A stretch of 64,000 nt of DNA from Raja brachyura (taxonomy: Eukaryota): assembly GCA_963514005.1 (NCBI GenBank), contig CAUPSL010000078.1, positions 62,001 through 126,000 of the forward strand. The letters run 5' to 3'. Of this stretch, positions 26,026 to 39,534 are shown piece after piece (position 1 is the first letter of the stretch; the number at the start of each line of letters is the position of its first letter). The translations under genes were made by a program, and so were the position numbers. The notes beneath the pieces were generated by a model that saw only the letters and a program-made list of their open reading frames with translations, was not told the DNA's origin and did not search any database.

Positions 26026-27817
26026 TTAGTGTTCTTTAGCTTGTTTTGCGTGGGGGTTGGGGGATGGAGGAAACTTTTTCTAATCTCTTACCTCGATGTA
26101 GATGCGATTTTTTTTCCGTATCGTATCTCCGGCCACACTGGGGCCTAACACCGAGGTGTTGGCAGCCTTTGCTTTTTTTTTTTAAGTGTGACTGTATTGT
26201 AATCTGAATTTCATTCCACCTTAATTGGTACATGTGACAATAAATTGACCTTGAAACCTTGAAAATGATGTGGGATTTTCTGTAATCCGACTCGCCAAAG
26301 CCACTTTGTGGCCTCTATTGGCCATTTTAGTTTTAAGCTTTAGAGATACAGCGCAGAAACAGGCCCTTCAGCCCACACTAGGGACAATTTACATTTATTC
26401 TAAGCCGATTTACCTACATACCTGTACGTCTTTGGAGTGTGGGAGGAAACCGAAGATCTCGGAGAAAACCCACGTAGTCATGGGGAGAGCGTACAAACTC
26501 CTTACAGGTAGCACCCGTAGTCAGGATCAAAGGCGGGTCTCCAACGCTGCAGGTGCTGCAAGGCAGCAACTCTCCAGCTGTGCCACCCTCTACTCACCCA
26601 CTCGAGTTATTCCCTCCTTTCTTTACATTCCTCAAAGCTCCTGCCTGATTCCATCCTCCTGAACCTTACATGCACTTTCTTTTTGTTTCATTCTAATTAA
26701 ATTTACCACCTGTTTGGTTATGCAAGCTTTCATTCCTTTGCCATTCTCGTCCTTCCTCACAGTGGAACTGGTGATCAAATAACTCATACATAAGTCATGG
26801 GAGTCACGGTAACATTTATGTCATTTCTATGACATCCATAAAGACCAAACCCTGGAAGACTTGATGCTGAAAAATCAAATTAACATAACATTTTAATGTT
26901 TGAAATGTTCAAACGTCCTTCTCTACAATTAAACAAAGTGCGGGAGTAACTCAGTGGGTCGGACAATCCTGGGTGAGAAGATTCTAGTCCTCAAGGTAAA
27001 ACACTTGGACACGTGGACAATGCCTGGAGATGTATCTCCAACCAGGACCATTGTGTCTCTGCAGTCAGGACTCCTACAGGTTGGACCAATATTAAGGTGC
27101 CAATATTAGTCGAATATATTTAGACTACCTTTTAAGAGTTTAAGGTTTGAAGAGTCCCAACCCAGAATTACCAATCCATGTTCTCCAGCGATGTTGCTGC
27201 ACCCATCGAGTTGCTCCAGCACTGACACAATTTACAAGCACAGCAACACCCCAGTTACATAAAATACCCATTATATTTCACAAGTGTTCTCCCAAACTTG
27301 TTGCCCGATGCTCTTCACGTGGACATTTAAACGTAATGATATAAACAAACATTCAGTGGGCATTGTAACATATGCATCTCCATTCCACCTGTGCTTATAA
27401 TGCAGAATACGTCCTACTTTCAATGGGATTTTCTGCCAATAATATAAACCACCTGATTGCCACATGCATGAAGTCAACACAATTCAAGAAAGACACAAGA
27501 TAGACACCAGAAGCTGGAGTCACTCAGCATCTCAGGTGAAAAGGAATGTGACATGTTGGTGGCAGGTGTGAAGGAGGTCTCAACCAGAAACATCACCTAT
27601 TCCCTTTCTCCAGACTTGCTGACTGACCCACTGAGTGACTCCAGCTTTTTGTGTTAATCTTCGGTTTCAATCAGCATCCGCAGTTCCTTCCTAAAATTAA
27701 GAAAGACACAAAGTGTTGGGGTAACTCAGCCGGTCAGGCATCATCTCTGGATAATGCACAGGCTACGATCTTTAGGTCCATCTGCTTGCCGTTTCCTAGG
27801 AAACTGTTCCTGATTAA

Positions 27818-27888
27818 CCTGTTCAGTGCCACCCCCGGGTATACTCGGGTCATGGCCAATAGTGAAATAAAACGTGGCAGTCAACAGG
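27818..27888. mobile_element. 71-bp piggyBac-like mini-element
   Basis: TTAA|CCTGTTCAGTGCCAC...GTGGCAGTCAACAGG|CTAA. TIR 13/15, with TTAA/CTAA flanks. Confidence 0.6.
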
Positions 27889-27908
27889 CTAACAAGGTGT
27901 GGACAGAG

Positions 27909-28602
27909 TGTGGGGACTTCAGTGCAAGTTTTTGATCCAAGACCAGGTGAGAGAGAGGGGGAAGACAGAGGGGGGAGAGAGAAGGGGGAGAGAGAGAAGA
28001 GGGGAAACGGGAGCGTGGGGTTCATTTTCCCCACACAAGCCATAGGTGACTGGGTGATCTGAACCCAAGCACCAAGTTGAAAGCGGCCGAAGGTGCGCAC
28101 CCCTCGGTTCAGCCCCCACTGTCCCACGACCACCCTCCGCGGGCTGCGGGTCGGATGGAGCCGAGATGTGGGACAATGTTCATCCGTTCACAGTGTTGTG
28201 ATGGACGCGGGGGTCTGGACCAATCACTGACAAGTCCCGCCCCCGGCAACGTCAAGACCGTTATTGGACTTATCTGTTGAGCGGTAGTCGGTCCTTTAGC
28301 TTGGAGGTGAAGCCGCCTTTCGGGTAGGTGGCGTTTCGACAGAGCGGCCATTCGGTAAGTTTGCTTTTGGTGATGCAGCTTTTAGGCTCGTTGGCTTTTA
28401 GGCGTCTCACCCTTTTGGTTACTTTGTGTTTAGGTGTCCCATCCTTTCGGTTAGAAGGGGTTTCGTCTTCGTATTCATTCGGTTTATTGGCGTTTCGGCC
28501 CCATTTCTATTCGGTTATTTGGCTTCGACGTCTTTGCTTCAGCTTCTCGTCCATCGGTGCCACGTCCGGGTACCGGACCAAGGGTCCGGTAGCATCTCCA
28601 CA
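27909..28602. mobile_element. Probable CpG-rich solo LTR (694 bp)
   Basis: TGTGGGG...CTCCACA termini. 5-bp flanks cagag / cagtg (4/5). Internal CCAAT and GC boxes around 28220-28267. Confidence 0.55.
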
Positions 28603-29811
28603 CAGTGAGAGGGAGCTGTGTTACCCCGTCTACTTTGCTCCTGCTTCCCAAAGAGGAACATGGGAGGACGAGGAGCATGACATGGACAATGGAAGCATGG
28701 AAACAGGCACTTCGGCCCAGCCAGTCCGCACTGACCAGTGATACCCGCACATTAACATTATCCCACACACACTAGGGACAATTTATATTCATATAAAGCC
28801 AATTAGCCTACAAACCTGTATGTCTTTCAAGTGTGGGAGGAAACCAAGATCTCTGAGAAACCTCATGCGGTCACGTGGAAAAAGTACAACCTCCATACAG
28901 ACAGCAGGCTTGTACCTTGGTCTATGGCACTTTGAGGCAGCAATATGTTTACAAAAGTTGGAAGAATTATGCCTGCAGCAGAAACACCACTGCAGAATCC
29001 CAACCTGATCCTATCTTATGGATGGCTCTTCCTATCAGAGAACGTGGAATTAAGATGAAAGGAAAGAAACCCTGGATCTATGCCCCAGGTGTGAAATAAG
29101 CTCATATTTGTTACAAGGACAATTATTTCGTATAGGTTAGAGATAAAGCATGAAAACAGTCCCTTCAGCCCACTGTACCCACATTGACCAGCCATCTCTG
29201 TACATCAGCACAATCCTACATACGAGGTGCAATCTACAATTTTTACCGAAGCCAATTAACCTACAAACATGTGTGTCTTTGGAGTGTTGGAGGAAACTGG
29301 AGCACCCAGAGAAAACCCTCACATTCACAGCGAAAACGTACAAACTCCGTACTGACAGCACCTGGAGTCAGGATCAAACCCAGGTCTCTGGAGCTGTGAA
29401 GCAGCAGCTCCACCGCTGTGCCACCATGCTACCCTGTTGTCATTAGTATTGTGTGCTGAAATGTTTCCATCAGTGATTATGGCAACTCTCTCCAAACCTC
29501 TATACATTTTCAGTAGACCAAGCAGTTCCTCCTTCCACCTTATGAGGCTGAATTATTGGATGGCTGAACTCTTTGGGAACCTCCTTAGTGCAAGTTTGAT
29601 TTAGTTTAGTTTAGAGATACAGTGCAGAAACAGGCCCTTCAGCCCACGGAGTCTGCACCAACCAGTGATCCCAACACATTAACAATATCCTACACGCACT
29701 GGGGACTATTTACATTTATACCGAGCCAATTAACCTACAAACCTGTACGCCTTTGGAGCGTGTGTGGAAACTGAAGATAGCGGAGAAAACCCACACAGAT
29801 CACGATGAGAA

Positions 29812-30385
29812 TGTGAATGTAAATCTTGAATCAACACTGTAAAATGGTTCTGTGAAGGGAAAATGGAGGTCAGGTGAACTGGGTTGAAACTTAAAATGTC
29901 TGCTGACCAAAGTTGCTGACTATGTGGCTGCAGGTTTCAGGAAGTTGCGATCCTGAGAAATACACATTATCCTGCTGATGCTGATCTGCTGATCGCAACT
30001 TTGATATTCCTCGCACCCGTCTGATTGAGGTGGCTGATTTTCAGAAGGCTGAAGAATATGCAAACCACTGGCTCCCGAAAGTCTGAGAAATGTCCCTGTC
30101 TTAGCTCTAGTGTTGTTCCACTAATTAACATCTCCCATTGTGTACGTGCCTGTTATCATGACCATTGTGTACAGGTCTGTTGGTTAATTGGGTAATGTGG
30201 GAGGGGGCTAAACGGTGGCATTAACATATATCAAGCATTGCAATTAAGGGCAGAGAGCTTGACTCTTTGCTAGGTTGTTAACCTGTGTGGAGACTCCTGC
30301 TCAATAAACGTACGTTTAAAGTGACCCCGGTGCCTGGTCGATTATTGACGAAACAACCGATGTGAGAGAAAAACGTGAATCAACA
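29812..30385 (+). mobile_element. Solo LTR (574 bp) inserted into a SINE
   Basis: TG...CA ends, 4-bp TSD AGAA (29808-29811 / 30386-30389), AATAAA at 30303-30308. The flanks rejoin to the SINE sequence gagaacgtacaaactcc. Confidence 0.85.
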
Positions 30386-30728
30386 AGAACGTACAAACTC
30401 CGTACAGAGACCACTCATAGTCAGAATCAAACCCACGTCTGTGGCGTTGCAAGTGCTGTAAGGCAGCAACTCTACCACTGTACCACCGTGCAGCACAATC
30501 TCTTGGCTTTGCTTATAATTATAATCATGTATTAATCTTATATTGTTTTTTTTTTGCTTTTCGCCTATAAACAAATGTAAAGCTGCACATAAGGTTAGAT
30601 CCTTTCAAGCTCCGAGCTGCCCCTTCTTTCACCACAAAAGTGCTTCCTATTTTTAGAGAAACGTGGATATAATAAGGCTCACCCCTCATTGGCATTGAAG
30701 GCTTTCTCCAAAACATGCAGACCATTGA

Positions 30729-31800
30729 GCTGTTCACTGCCAAGTTTATATTTACTATTGGCCATGACCCGAGTACACTCGGGGTTGCATTTCATAAAGA
30801 TATCCAGTGCTGTGTAACTGCACTACCTTTCCTTCGTATTCTTACTCGAGGATGGTCGCTGGCAAATTGGTCCGTGAACGAGCACGACCCCCTTCCACCT
30901 CAGAGAACCACACCGAAAACCAACAACGACCAGTGACGAGTGTCTACAGTTCAAATGATCACCTGATAAAATGATGTCATGTCTGCATATTTTTCCTCAC
31001 TAAAAAATGCCTTCCAAGTTTTTTTTTAATCATTCTGAACCATGCAAGCAAGGAAGGAACTAGTTTGGAGGATGTTACTAAAAATACAACTACTGTTGTT
31101 TGCAGTAGCCCTTTTGCTTCAGTAGCCTTTTAAGAAAGGCAGAAGGGGAAGAGCAATAGTGAAGAGGAAGAACAAGAAGTGGTCTCAATGGGTGAATGGA
31201 GATGATGTGATGGACGGGCCCAGCACACCAGATGACTGGAAGAGAGTGGCGCTGGGCTTTGACAAAATATGGAACTTTAAGCACACATCAAGGGTAGTGG
31301 ATGGCAAGCATGCCATTCATGTCCCTGTCCCCGTACCCCTCATTTTCCTTTTCGTACAGGATGGCATTCTGCTGGAACCATTCCTCAAGGTTCCCCTCCT
31401 GCTGCCTGGTGAAGGTGTAGGGCATAACCTTCCTCCAGCCCTCCCTCACCACCAATGGGGCATCTGCAACTGATGCTGTGTCAGACACAGGAGAAAGGGC
31501 TGCTTTGCTGCATTCAAATGAGGCAGTGAAGGATGGGGTGGTGGTGGGGACATATACTACCACCCTGGCCTTCCCCCGCAGGGGTCTGTCATGCAGGGCT
31601 ACCTCCTCCTGCACTATCTCCTCCTGTGGCAGCACCTCCTGCCACTCCTCCTCCTGGATGGGCAACACCTGTATGGCAGGATTTTTTTAGGGTTGTGCCC
31701 CCCCCCCCTGCGATGCTGTCATTTTGGTGCCATCTCTAAAACACAAGTCTCCTCTGCAAACTCTCCAGCTATGAATAAACATGCCTTGGTGTGAAAGAGG
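30729..31800 (-). mobile_element. Longer relative of the 27.8-kb mini-element, with a degenerate ORF (31288-31668) weakly resembling a MADF/Myb-like DNA-binding domain
   Basis: First ~60 bp match 27829-27888 in inverted orientation. ORF contains FTRQQEGNLEEWFQQNAILYEKENEGY. Right end poorly defined. Confidence 0.4.
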
Positions 31801-31854
31801 TGACGTTCTGCTGTTTAAATTACCGTTTTTTTCCACTGACCTTTCTTTCACCCC

Positions 31855-32230
31855 AGAGCTATTACAAAATTCTAAAAGGACTGGACAAGCTAGATGCAGG
31901 AAAAATGTTCCCAATGTTGGGAGTGTCCAGAACCTGGGGCCACAGTCTTAGAATAAAGGGGAGGTCATTTAAGACTGAGGTGAGAAAAAACTTTTTCACC
32001 CAGTGTTGTGAATTTGTGGAATTCCCTGCCACAGAGGGCAGTGGAGGCCAAGTCACTGGATGGATTTAAGAGAGAGTTAGAGAGAGCTCTAGCGGCGAGT
32101 GGAGTCAAGGGATATGGGGAGAAGGTAGGCACGGGTTATTGATCAGCCATGATCACAATGAATGGCGGTACTGGCTCGAAGGGCCGAATGGCCACCTCCT
32201 GCACCTATTTTTTATGTTTCTTTGTTTCTA
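31855..32230 (+). mobile_element. CR1-type LINE 3' end
   Basis: YKILKGLDKLDAGKMFPMLGVSRTWGHSLRIKGRSFKTEVRKNFFTQ, 3' UTR and (tttcta/tgtttc) tail. Confidence 0.85.
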
Positions 32231-33811
32231 TTACCTTCGACCACCTTCTACTACCTATGACTAGCATCATGGCCGACTACGACCGGCTTCGACTAGACCA
32301 ACGACTAAATATATGTAGATTTTTCCCACGACGACCTATATTTAGTCGCGGTCAACTTTTAACATTTTGAAAAATACGCCACGACCTAGTTGAACACTGG
32401 ACTACGCGGAGACCACTCTCGACCATGAAGGAGAGTGACGAAGACCTCCTACGACCTCGTGGCGACCTTGGCGCGACTATGGGTCGCGGTAGAGGTCACC
32501 CAAGTGGGACAGGGGCTTTTGGTGAATCATTCCCTCTGGCATTGATTGATGAATCAAAGGAGGTTGCAGGAGAGGGTGTAAAAATGTGTGAGGATTTGCT
32601 GGTGAGTTTGCTTAAAAACTGCTCACTCCTTGAAAAGAAGAGTCTGTGAACTTTAGCCCAGAGATAAAGAACAGCTTGTGAACTCAAGGTTATAATTGAT
32701 AAAAAACCTAGGCACAACTGTGAACAACAACTCTTTATTAGGTTGAAGGTCATGAGGTAATGCCAACCAGCACCCAGGAGCAATAAGGGAGGGACAAAAC
32801 TCGGATGATGTTTACATTCCAATAAGCAACACTGCAAACAATGATAGCTAAATAAAACATAATGATGTTGTATAGATCAACAGCCTTCTTTTCAAGTTGC
32901 TTTCTGCAGTCTTTTAGTTGTTCTGCAGGTCTTTTAGTTTCTCTCGTCTTTGTGTTTTCAAGAAATACCACAAATAGCTGACTATATACTAATTATGGAA
33001 ACTTTGAAAAATATGTGCAGGCGTAGACCATTTGGCCCTTCAAGCCGGCACCACCATTCAATATGATCATGGCTGATCATCTAAAATCAGGACCCTGTTC
33101 CTGCTTTTTCCCCCCATATTTCTTGATTCGTTTAGCCTTAAGAGCTAAATCTAACTCTCTCTTGAAAGTACGTTGTTTGGATATGAGCCTTCTTTCCAAG
33201 CTTCTTTCTGAAGTCTTTTAGTTGTGTTTTGCAGGTGCTTTAGTTTGTCTCGTCCTTCTCTCTGCTAAATATGTAACAACTACAAGCTGTGAATAACAGA
33301 CATCCTTGAAAACCAACATGGGAGTGTGAGTACAAAGCATGTTCTAACGTGACCCGACTTCAGTCTGAAGTAGGATCCTCATCCAAAATGTCACCTATCC
33401 ATGTTCTCCAGAGATGCTGCTTGACCTGCTGATTTCCTCCAGCACTTTATGTTTTTTTGTACAAACCAGCGTCTGCACTTCCTTCCATCTACATTTTTTA
33501 AATAGTTCAATCCAGACAATTCGTTCAATTTTACACTGTTGACTAAAATGAGAAAGAAGGCAATTCAAGGATAAATAACTGTCCAAAATTCCAAGTGTCA
33601 TGAGAAAGAGGCCTTTCAGCCTCCTGAGCCCACTTTATCCCAGAGAATATCACTAATTTTGCCCAAAACAGATCTTCCTCACTTCTATCAATGCCACAAA
33701 TTCACCTTTACGAAGAGAAATTTGCAGCGGTGGATTAATCTACTAAATCAGCACATTTTTGGTATGTGGGAGGAAACTGGAGAACAAACATTGTCACAGG
33801 GAGAATGCTTA

Positions 33812-34493
33812 AACCCCTGTCCCACTTACTTGTCCTTGACACGCTAATTAAGCGACCTCGTGGTCGCGTGGAGGCGCTACGATCCCGCGAAGGTCGCGTG
33901 CGACTTCATACGCCTGCACAGCCGTCTGGAGCGCGTGACATCATATGAAGATGGACACCAAATGCTGGAGTTACTCAACGGGACCGGCAGCATCTCTGGA
34001 GAGAGGCAATGGGTGATGTTTCGGGTCGAGACTCATCTTCAGTCTGAAAGAAGGGTCTTGACCCGAAACGTCATCCATTCCTTCTCTCCAGAGATGCTGC
34101 CAGTCCCGCCGAGTTATTCCAGCATTTTGTGTCGATCTTCAATTTTCTTGGCCCCGCTCTGGAAGTAGAAGTGGGGGCGGATCCGGACCGCAACGGCCGT
34201 GAGCCGCAGGCCGAGCTCGGCGTTCGTTTGCCTGCTTCTGCTGCTGCTGGAGGTGAGACGTTGCGTCACGCCAGGGTCTTGGGCCTGTCCCACTTTGGCC
34301 GTCAGTTACGCGACAGGCCGGTGGCGCGCAAAGATTTCATTTGCTACAAAATTTCAGAGCGCATACAACTACATACCCCTCCGCGGCTCTCATTGGGACC
34401 GGCCCCGCGCGGCCATTGGATGCCCGTGCGCATCAACGCGACGACGAGGTCGGGTAATTTGCTTGCCAAGGACACGCAAGTGGGACAGGCCCT
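33812..34493. mobile_element. Harbinger-type MITE inserted in a SINE and itself carrying a palindromic Penelope-terminal repeat
   Basis: TTA|AACCCCTGTCCCACTT...AAGTGGGACAGGCCCT|TTA. Same TIR family as 25700-26025. A right-end-only copy lies at about 32234-32518. Confidence 0.75.
33954..34133. repeat. ~180-bp palindrome: two head-to-head copies of the Penelope-terminal repeat
   Basis: gacaccaaatgctggagttactc...cttcag|tctgaa...gagttattccagcattttgtgtc; arms are reverse-complementary. Confidence 0.85.
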
Positions 34494-34579
34494 TTATACT
34501 CCACACAGGCTGCACTGGAGATGATTGAACCCGGATCACTGGAGCTGTGAGGCAGCAGGGCTCTTTGCTACAAAAGCAG

Positions 34580-35050
34580 TCATAGAGAGAGTCACACAGC
34601 ATGGAAACAAGCCCTTTGGCACAACTTGTTCATGCAAATCTAGATACCCCATCTAAGCTAGTCCCATTTACCCTGCAATGGGTAGATACTGTATCACTCG
34701 AAACCTTTCCCATGCATGTCCCTGTCCAAGTGTCTTTTAAATATTGTTATTGTACCTGCCTCAACTCCATTCTCTGGCAGCTCATTCCATATACTTACCA
34801 CCATCTGAGCACAAAGATTGCCCCCCAGGTTCCAATCAAATCTTCCCTCTCTCACATTAAACCCATGTCCTCTGGTATTTTATTCCCCTTCTCTGGGTAA
34901 AAGGCTCCACGCATATACTCTATCAATTCCCCTCATGATTTTAAGCACCCCTATATGATCACCCCTTAGCCTACTGTGCTCCATGGAATAAAGCCCTGGC
35001 TTGCCCAATCTCTCACTCTTGTTCACACCCTTGAGCCCCGGCAATATACT
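34580..35050 (-). mobile_element. CR1-type LINE 3' fragment
   Basis: Reverse frame LPGLKG..ERLGKPGLYSMEHSRLRGDHIGVLKIMRGIDRV. Confidence 0.75.
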
Positions 35051-35787
35051 CATAAATCTCATAAACATAACAATGTTGCAGATAATATGCGCACCATGAT
35101 TAATGCAAATAAAACATCTTATTTTTGAAGGCAATATGATTCAATAAACATGGTTCAATGAATCGGACGATAATCCAACAAATGTCTTATTCACATTAAT
35201 TCACATGTAATTTGAAAATAATAATAAATATTGCAAGGTATGGAAAATTGATATAAATTATGCCCGGTGCATAATATTTTGATGTATTGTACACACCTTT
35301 CCCTGTCCAGAGTTAAAGATTAAATATAATTTGTTTAATGTGTAACCAAAGAGGTAACAAAAAGTAATTAATCATGAATCATGAATAGATGAATATGAGT
35401 TCATAATGAATACCCAAGGTATCCAAAGAGTCTTCTATCCAGAGATGCTGCCTGCCCCGCTGAGTTACTCCAGCATTTTGTGTCTATGCTGTAAACCAGC
35501 ATCTGCAGTTCATTCCTACACATCTACAGTATGTTATCCACACTCTCACCCAATCTCTGCACAACAAGAGCAATTTACAGAGCCTAATTAACCTACAAAC
35601 CTGCACGTTTACACGATATAGGACAAAACTGGAGCACCTGGAGGAAATATGTGTGGTCACAGGGAGAACGTGCCAACTGGCTTGAGGTCAGGATCTAACC
35701 TGGATCTCTGGCACAGCGAGGCATTTCCGAGAGATTTTTTTATTTACATTGATCACAATCCAACTTTATTCAAATGAATGAACTAAC

Positions 35788-36048
35788 TTGTTGTTTCGCT
35801 ATGCCTCCGCATCCATTCGTCGACTTGCCCTTTGATGATTCCATGGAAACCAGTTTCGGAAACCGTATTTGTTACCCAGTAATTCCTGTCAAATGCAGCT
35901 GCCATCCATTTCTGTCTTGGAACTGTAATGGCCATGTTTTTGTCATAATACTGTATCTCACAACCGTCCAGAACACCCACCACACTATATTCTGGTAGAT
36001 GAGTATTCCCGTGGTTCAGGGTGTAGTAATAGATCAGTGTGTGAGGCC
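35788..36048 (-). CDS. MHC class I heavy chain exon 2: alpha1 domain
   Basis: tttgtgtctag|GG..ACA A|GTTAGT. 261 nt, phase 1-1. GPHTLIYYYT..LPEYSVVGVLDGCEIQYYD..PRQKWM..NYW..WMRRHSETT. Confidence 0.95.
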
Positions 36049-39000
36049 CTAGACACAAATAAAAGAATACAATTATTGTCAAGCAATAGACATTTCTATG
36101 GATAGGAAAGGTTTGGAGGTAAACCGGCAAAACACCAATTGGACTTAATTTGCACTAAACATGATACCCTTTATCCTGTATCTATATATTGTGAACGGCT
36201 TCATTGTAATGTAGTATTTTCACTGACTGGATAGCACACACAAAACATTTTCACGTGACATTAATAATAAATTAAATTAAGCTAAAATATAGGTAGGTGG
36301 GTCAAGGTTAGATGGGGCATCTTGGCCGGCATAGATAAGGTGGGCTGAAGGGCCTGTTTCTATGCTGTATATGATTCTAAATGTCAAGCTAACTTAGATT
36401 ATTTTAGTTTAGCTTAGACATACAGTGTGGAAACAGGCCCTTGAGCACGAGTCCGCACATTAACACTATCCTACACACGAAGGACAATTTACATTTATAT
36501 CAAGCCAATTAACCTACAAACCTGTACGTCTTTGGAGTGTGGGAGGAAACTGAAGATCTTGGAGAAAACCCACACTGGTCATGGGGAGAACGTACAAACT
36601 CCCTACAGACAGCACCCATAGTCAGGATCGGACCTGGGGCTCTGGCACTTTAAGGCAGCAACTCTATCACAGCCCCACTGTGCTGCCCTTACTGATCAAC
36701 ATTTGGAAATGATATGATATTCAGATATTCCACCCACAAAGGTGAGTCACGGCAGTTATTTGGTTCCCAGGCCACCATTTATTACTCCATGTGTCATTAA
36801 ATAGTAAAATCTAGGGGTGGGTATTGGAAATATCAGGAAGATAAAAATAGATCAGGTCCCAAAAAGGTTAGCATGGACTTAGTGGGTCAAAGGGCTTGTT
36901 TCTGTGCTGCACTCTCTATGCTGCACTGTCAATTAGTTGCATCACATCATATTTATGTCGTAACCTGCATTTGATTAGTCTAACAAGGGTTCATTCACTT
37001 GTGTGTCAGACGACATGTAGCTCGCCGTTGACTACTGTCGTCATCCAACATGTTGACAGAATTGCTCGCCCGACACGTCACAGAGTGCATCGTGTCGTCG
37101 GTTCCGGGGATCGCCACGAGGAGGCTTCTGTCACGATTCCACACAAAAGGGTGACGGTGGAACAACAGTAGAGTTACTGCCTTACAGCACAAGAGACTGC
37201 CAGGTACAATCCTGACCATGGGTGCTGTCTGTATGGAGTTTTTACATTCTACCTGTGGGCTTTCCCTGGGTGCTCCAGTTCCCTCCCACACTCCAAAGAC
37301 GAGTTTGTAGTTTAATAGGCTTTGGTAAAGATTATAAATTGTTGCAAGTCCATAGGATATTGCTACTGTACGGGGATCGCTGTTCAACGTGGACTTGGTG
37401 GGCTGAAGAGCCTGTTCCCATGCTATATCTCTATATCATCTTGAGCTGTAATATACAGTAGGCTGGCCAAATCGGCTTGCACCATGACACTACATCAAGA
37501 GCAGATTCCAAACATATCAATGTAACATTTAACTTCTGCTTTGATATGACCTCCTGGTGACTTTCTGATAGTTCACCACATCCCCCTTTGTCAGCGAGTT
37601 CCTCTATCATCTCACAGGCTGGCCCCCACATTCACACATCCTCAAATACCACACATTTCCTGTTCGACTAGTTTTTTAACTGTTTACTCTCACAGTCTGC
37701 CCTGTGAACATGCAGAAATTAACATCACAAATAAATCAGGATTGAACAACTCATTATCAACCTTAGACACTAAGTGCTAAAGTAACTCAGCAAGACCGCA
37801 GCATCTGTGGAGAAAAAGACTGGATGGCACTTTGTGTCAGGACCCTACTTCAGTCTCATGCAGGGTTAGTCTGAAGAAGGTTCCCAAACCCAACGCATCA
37901 GTCTGAAGAAGGGCCCCAACCTGAAGCTTCACCCAGCATCACCCATCCTTTTTCTACAGAGATGCTGTCTGACCCGTTGAGTTACACCAGCATTTTGTGA
38001 CACACTTTGGTACAAACCAGCATCTGCAGTTCGTTGTTTCTACATCATTATCTATCTCTTTGAGAAGGCGTTCCCATAGAATTAGCATCCTAACAAAATA
38101 AGATCACACAAAGTTACCAATAAGGGTGGCACAGTGGTAGAGTTGCTGCCTTTACAGTGTTTGCAGTGCGAGAGACCTGGTTTCAATCCTGACTATGGAT
38201 ACTGTCTGTATGGAGTTAGTACGTTCTCCCCGTGACCTGCGTGGATTTTCGCCGAGATCTTCGATTTCCTCCCACACTTTAAAGACGTGCAGGAATGTAG
38301 GTTAACTGGCTTGATGCACGTGTCAAATTGGCCCTCGTGTCCATAGGATAGTGTTAGTGTGCGGGTTAGTCGCTGGCCGGTGCAGACTTGGTGGGCCGAA
38401 AGGCCTGCTTCCATGCTGTATAGCTAAACTAGAAAAACTAAAGAACCTATTTTACATATCTCACTTCCTTTGGTTCAGGCAGTGTTCTCTCAGGTGAAGC
38501 CTGCTTGATAGTAATTTTCAGTGCTTATTCTGGCTGATAGAGATAGCAACATGAAAACCACAGAAATAATCTTTAAAAAACTGAATCATGCAGCATATAA
38601 ACAGGCCCTTTTGCCCAATCTTGTCTATGCTGACCGAGATGCTTATCTACAATTACATGAATTATGCCCTTATCCCTCCCTGACTTTCCTACCAAAAGCC
38701 CAAATGTTGTATAGACATTGTGGTTATATCTGCCTCTACCATCTCCCCTGCAGCTCATTCCAGATAACTACTGCAGTGAGAAACATCTGCTCAGAACCCC
38801 TTGACATTTCTCTCCCATCACGTTAAAACTCCAGTTCTAGTCTCCACTGCCCTGGGAAAGAGGCAGTTACTCTCTATACTATCTATACCCCAAAGATAGA
38901 CACAAAATGCTGGAGTAACTCAGCAGGGTAGGCAGTACTTCTGGAGAGAAGGAATGGATAATGTTTAGAAATGTCACTCATTCCTTCTCTCCAGTGATGC

Positions 39001-39534
39001 TGCCTGTCCTGCTGAGTTGCTCCAGCATTTTATGTCTGTCTCCTGTGTAAACCAGCATCTGTTGAACCTTCCTGAAGAAGGGTCAAAACCTGAATAAAAA
39101 GGGTCTTGAGCCGAAATGTCACTAATTCCTTCTCTCCAGTGATGCTGCCTGTCCCACTGAGTTACTCCAGGTTTTTGTGTATTTCTTTGGTTTAAACCAG
39201 CATCTGCATATCCTTCCGACACTACCTATAGCCCTCATTATCTCACTCCTGCATTCCAGTGAGAATAAATGCAGCCTATCCAATCTCTTCACATAACCAC
39301 ACACCTTTATTCCAGGCAACAACCTGGCAAAACCCTTCTGCACTATTCATCACATCCTTTTTAGTTTAGAGATACATTGCAGAAACAGGCCCTTCGGCCC
39401 ACAGCCGACCAGTGATCCCCACACAGTAACGTTAGTACTGGAACGACCACAACTCTAAACAATACTCCATGTGCAGCCTAACCAATGTTTTGTTTGATTT
39501 CTCAACTCATATACTTGATGACTGAGTCTATTCA

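Noticed and set aside
20221-36048. MHC class II, W-category or stand-alone Ig C1 interpretation
   Set aside because: Two groove exons (alpha1, and alpha2 with its disulfide) precede one C1 exon and the TM exon in a single frame, which is class I architecture.
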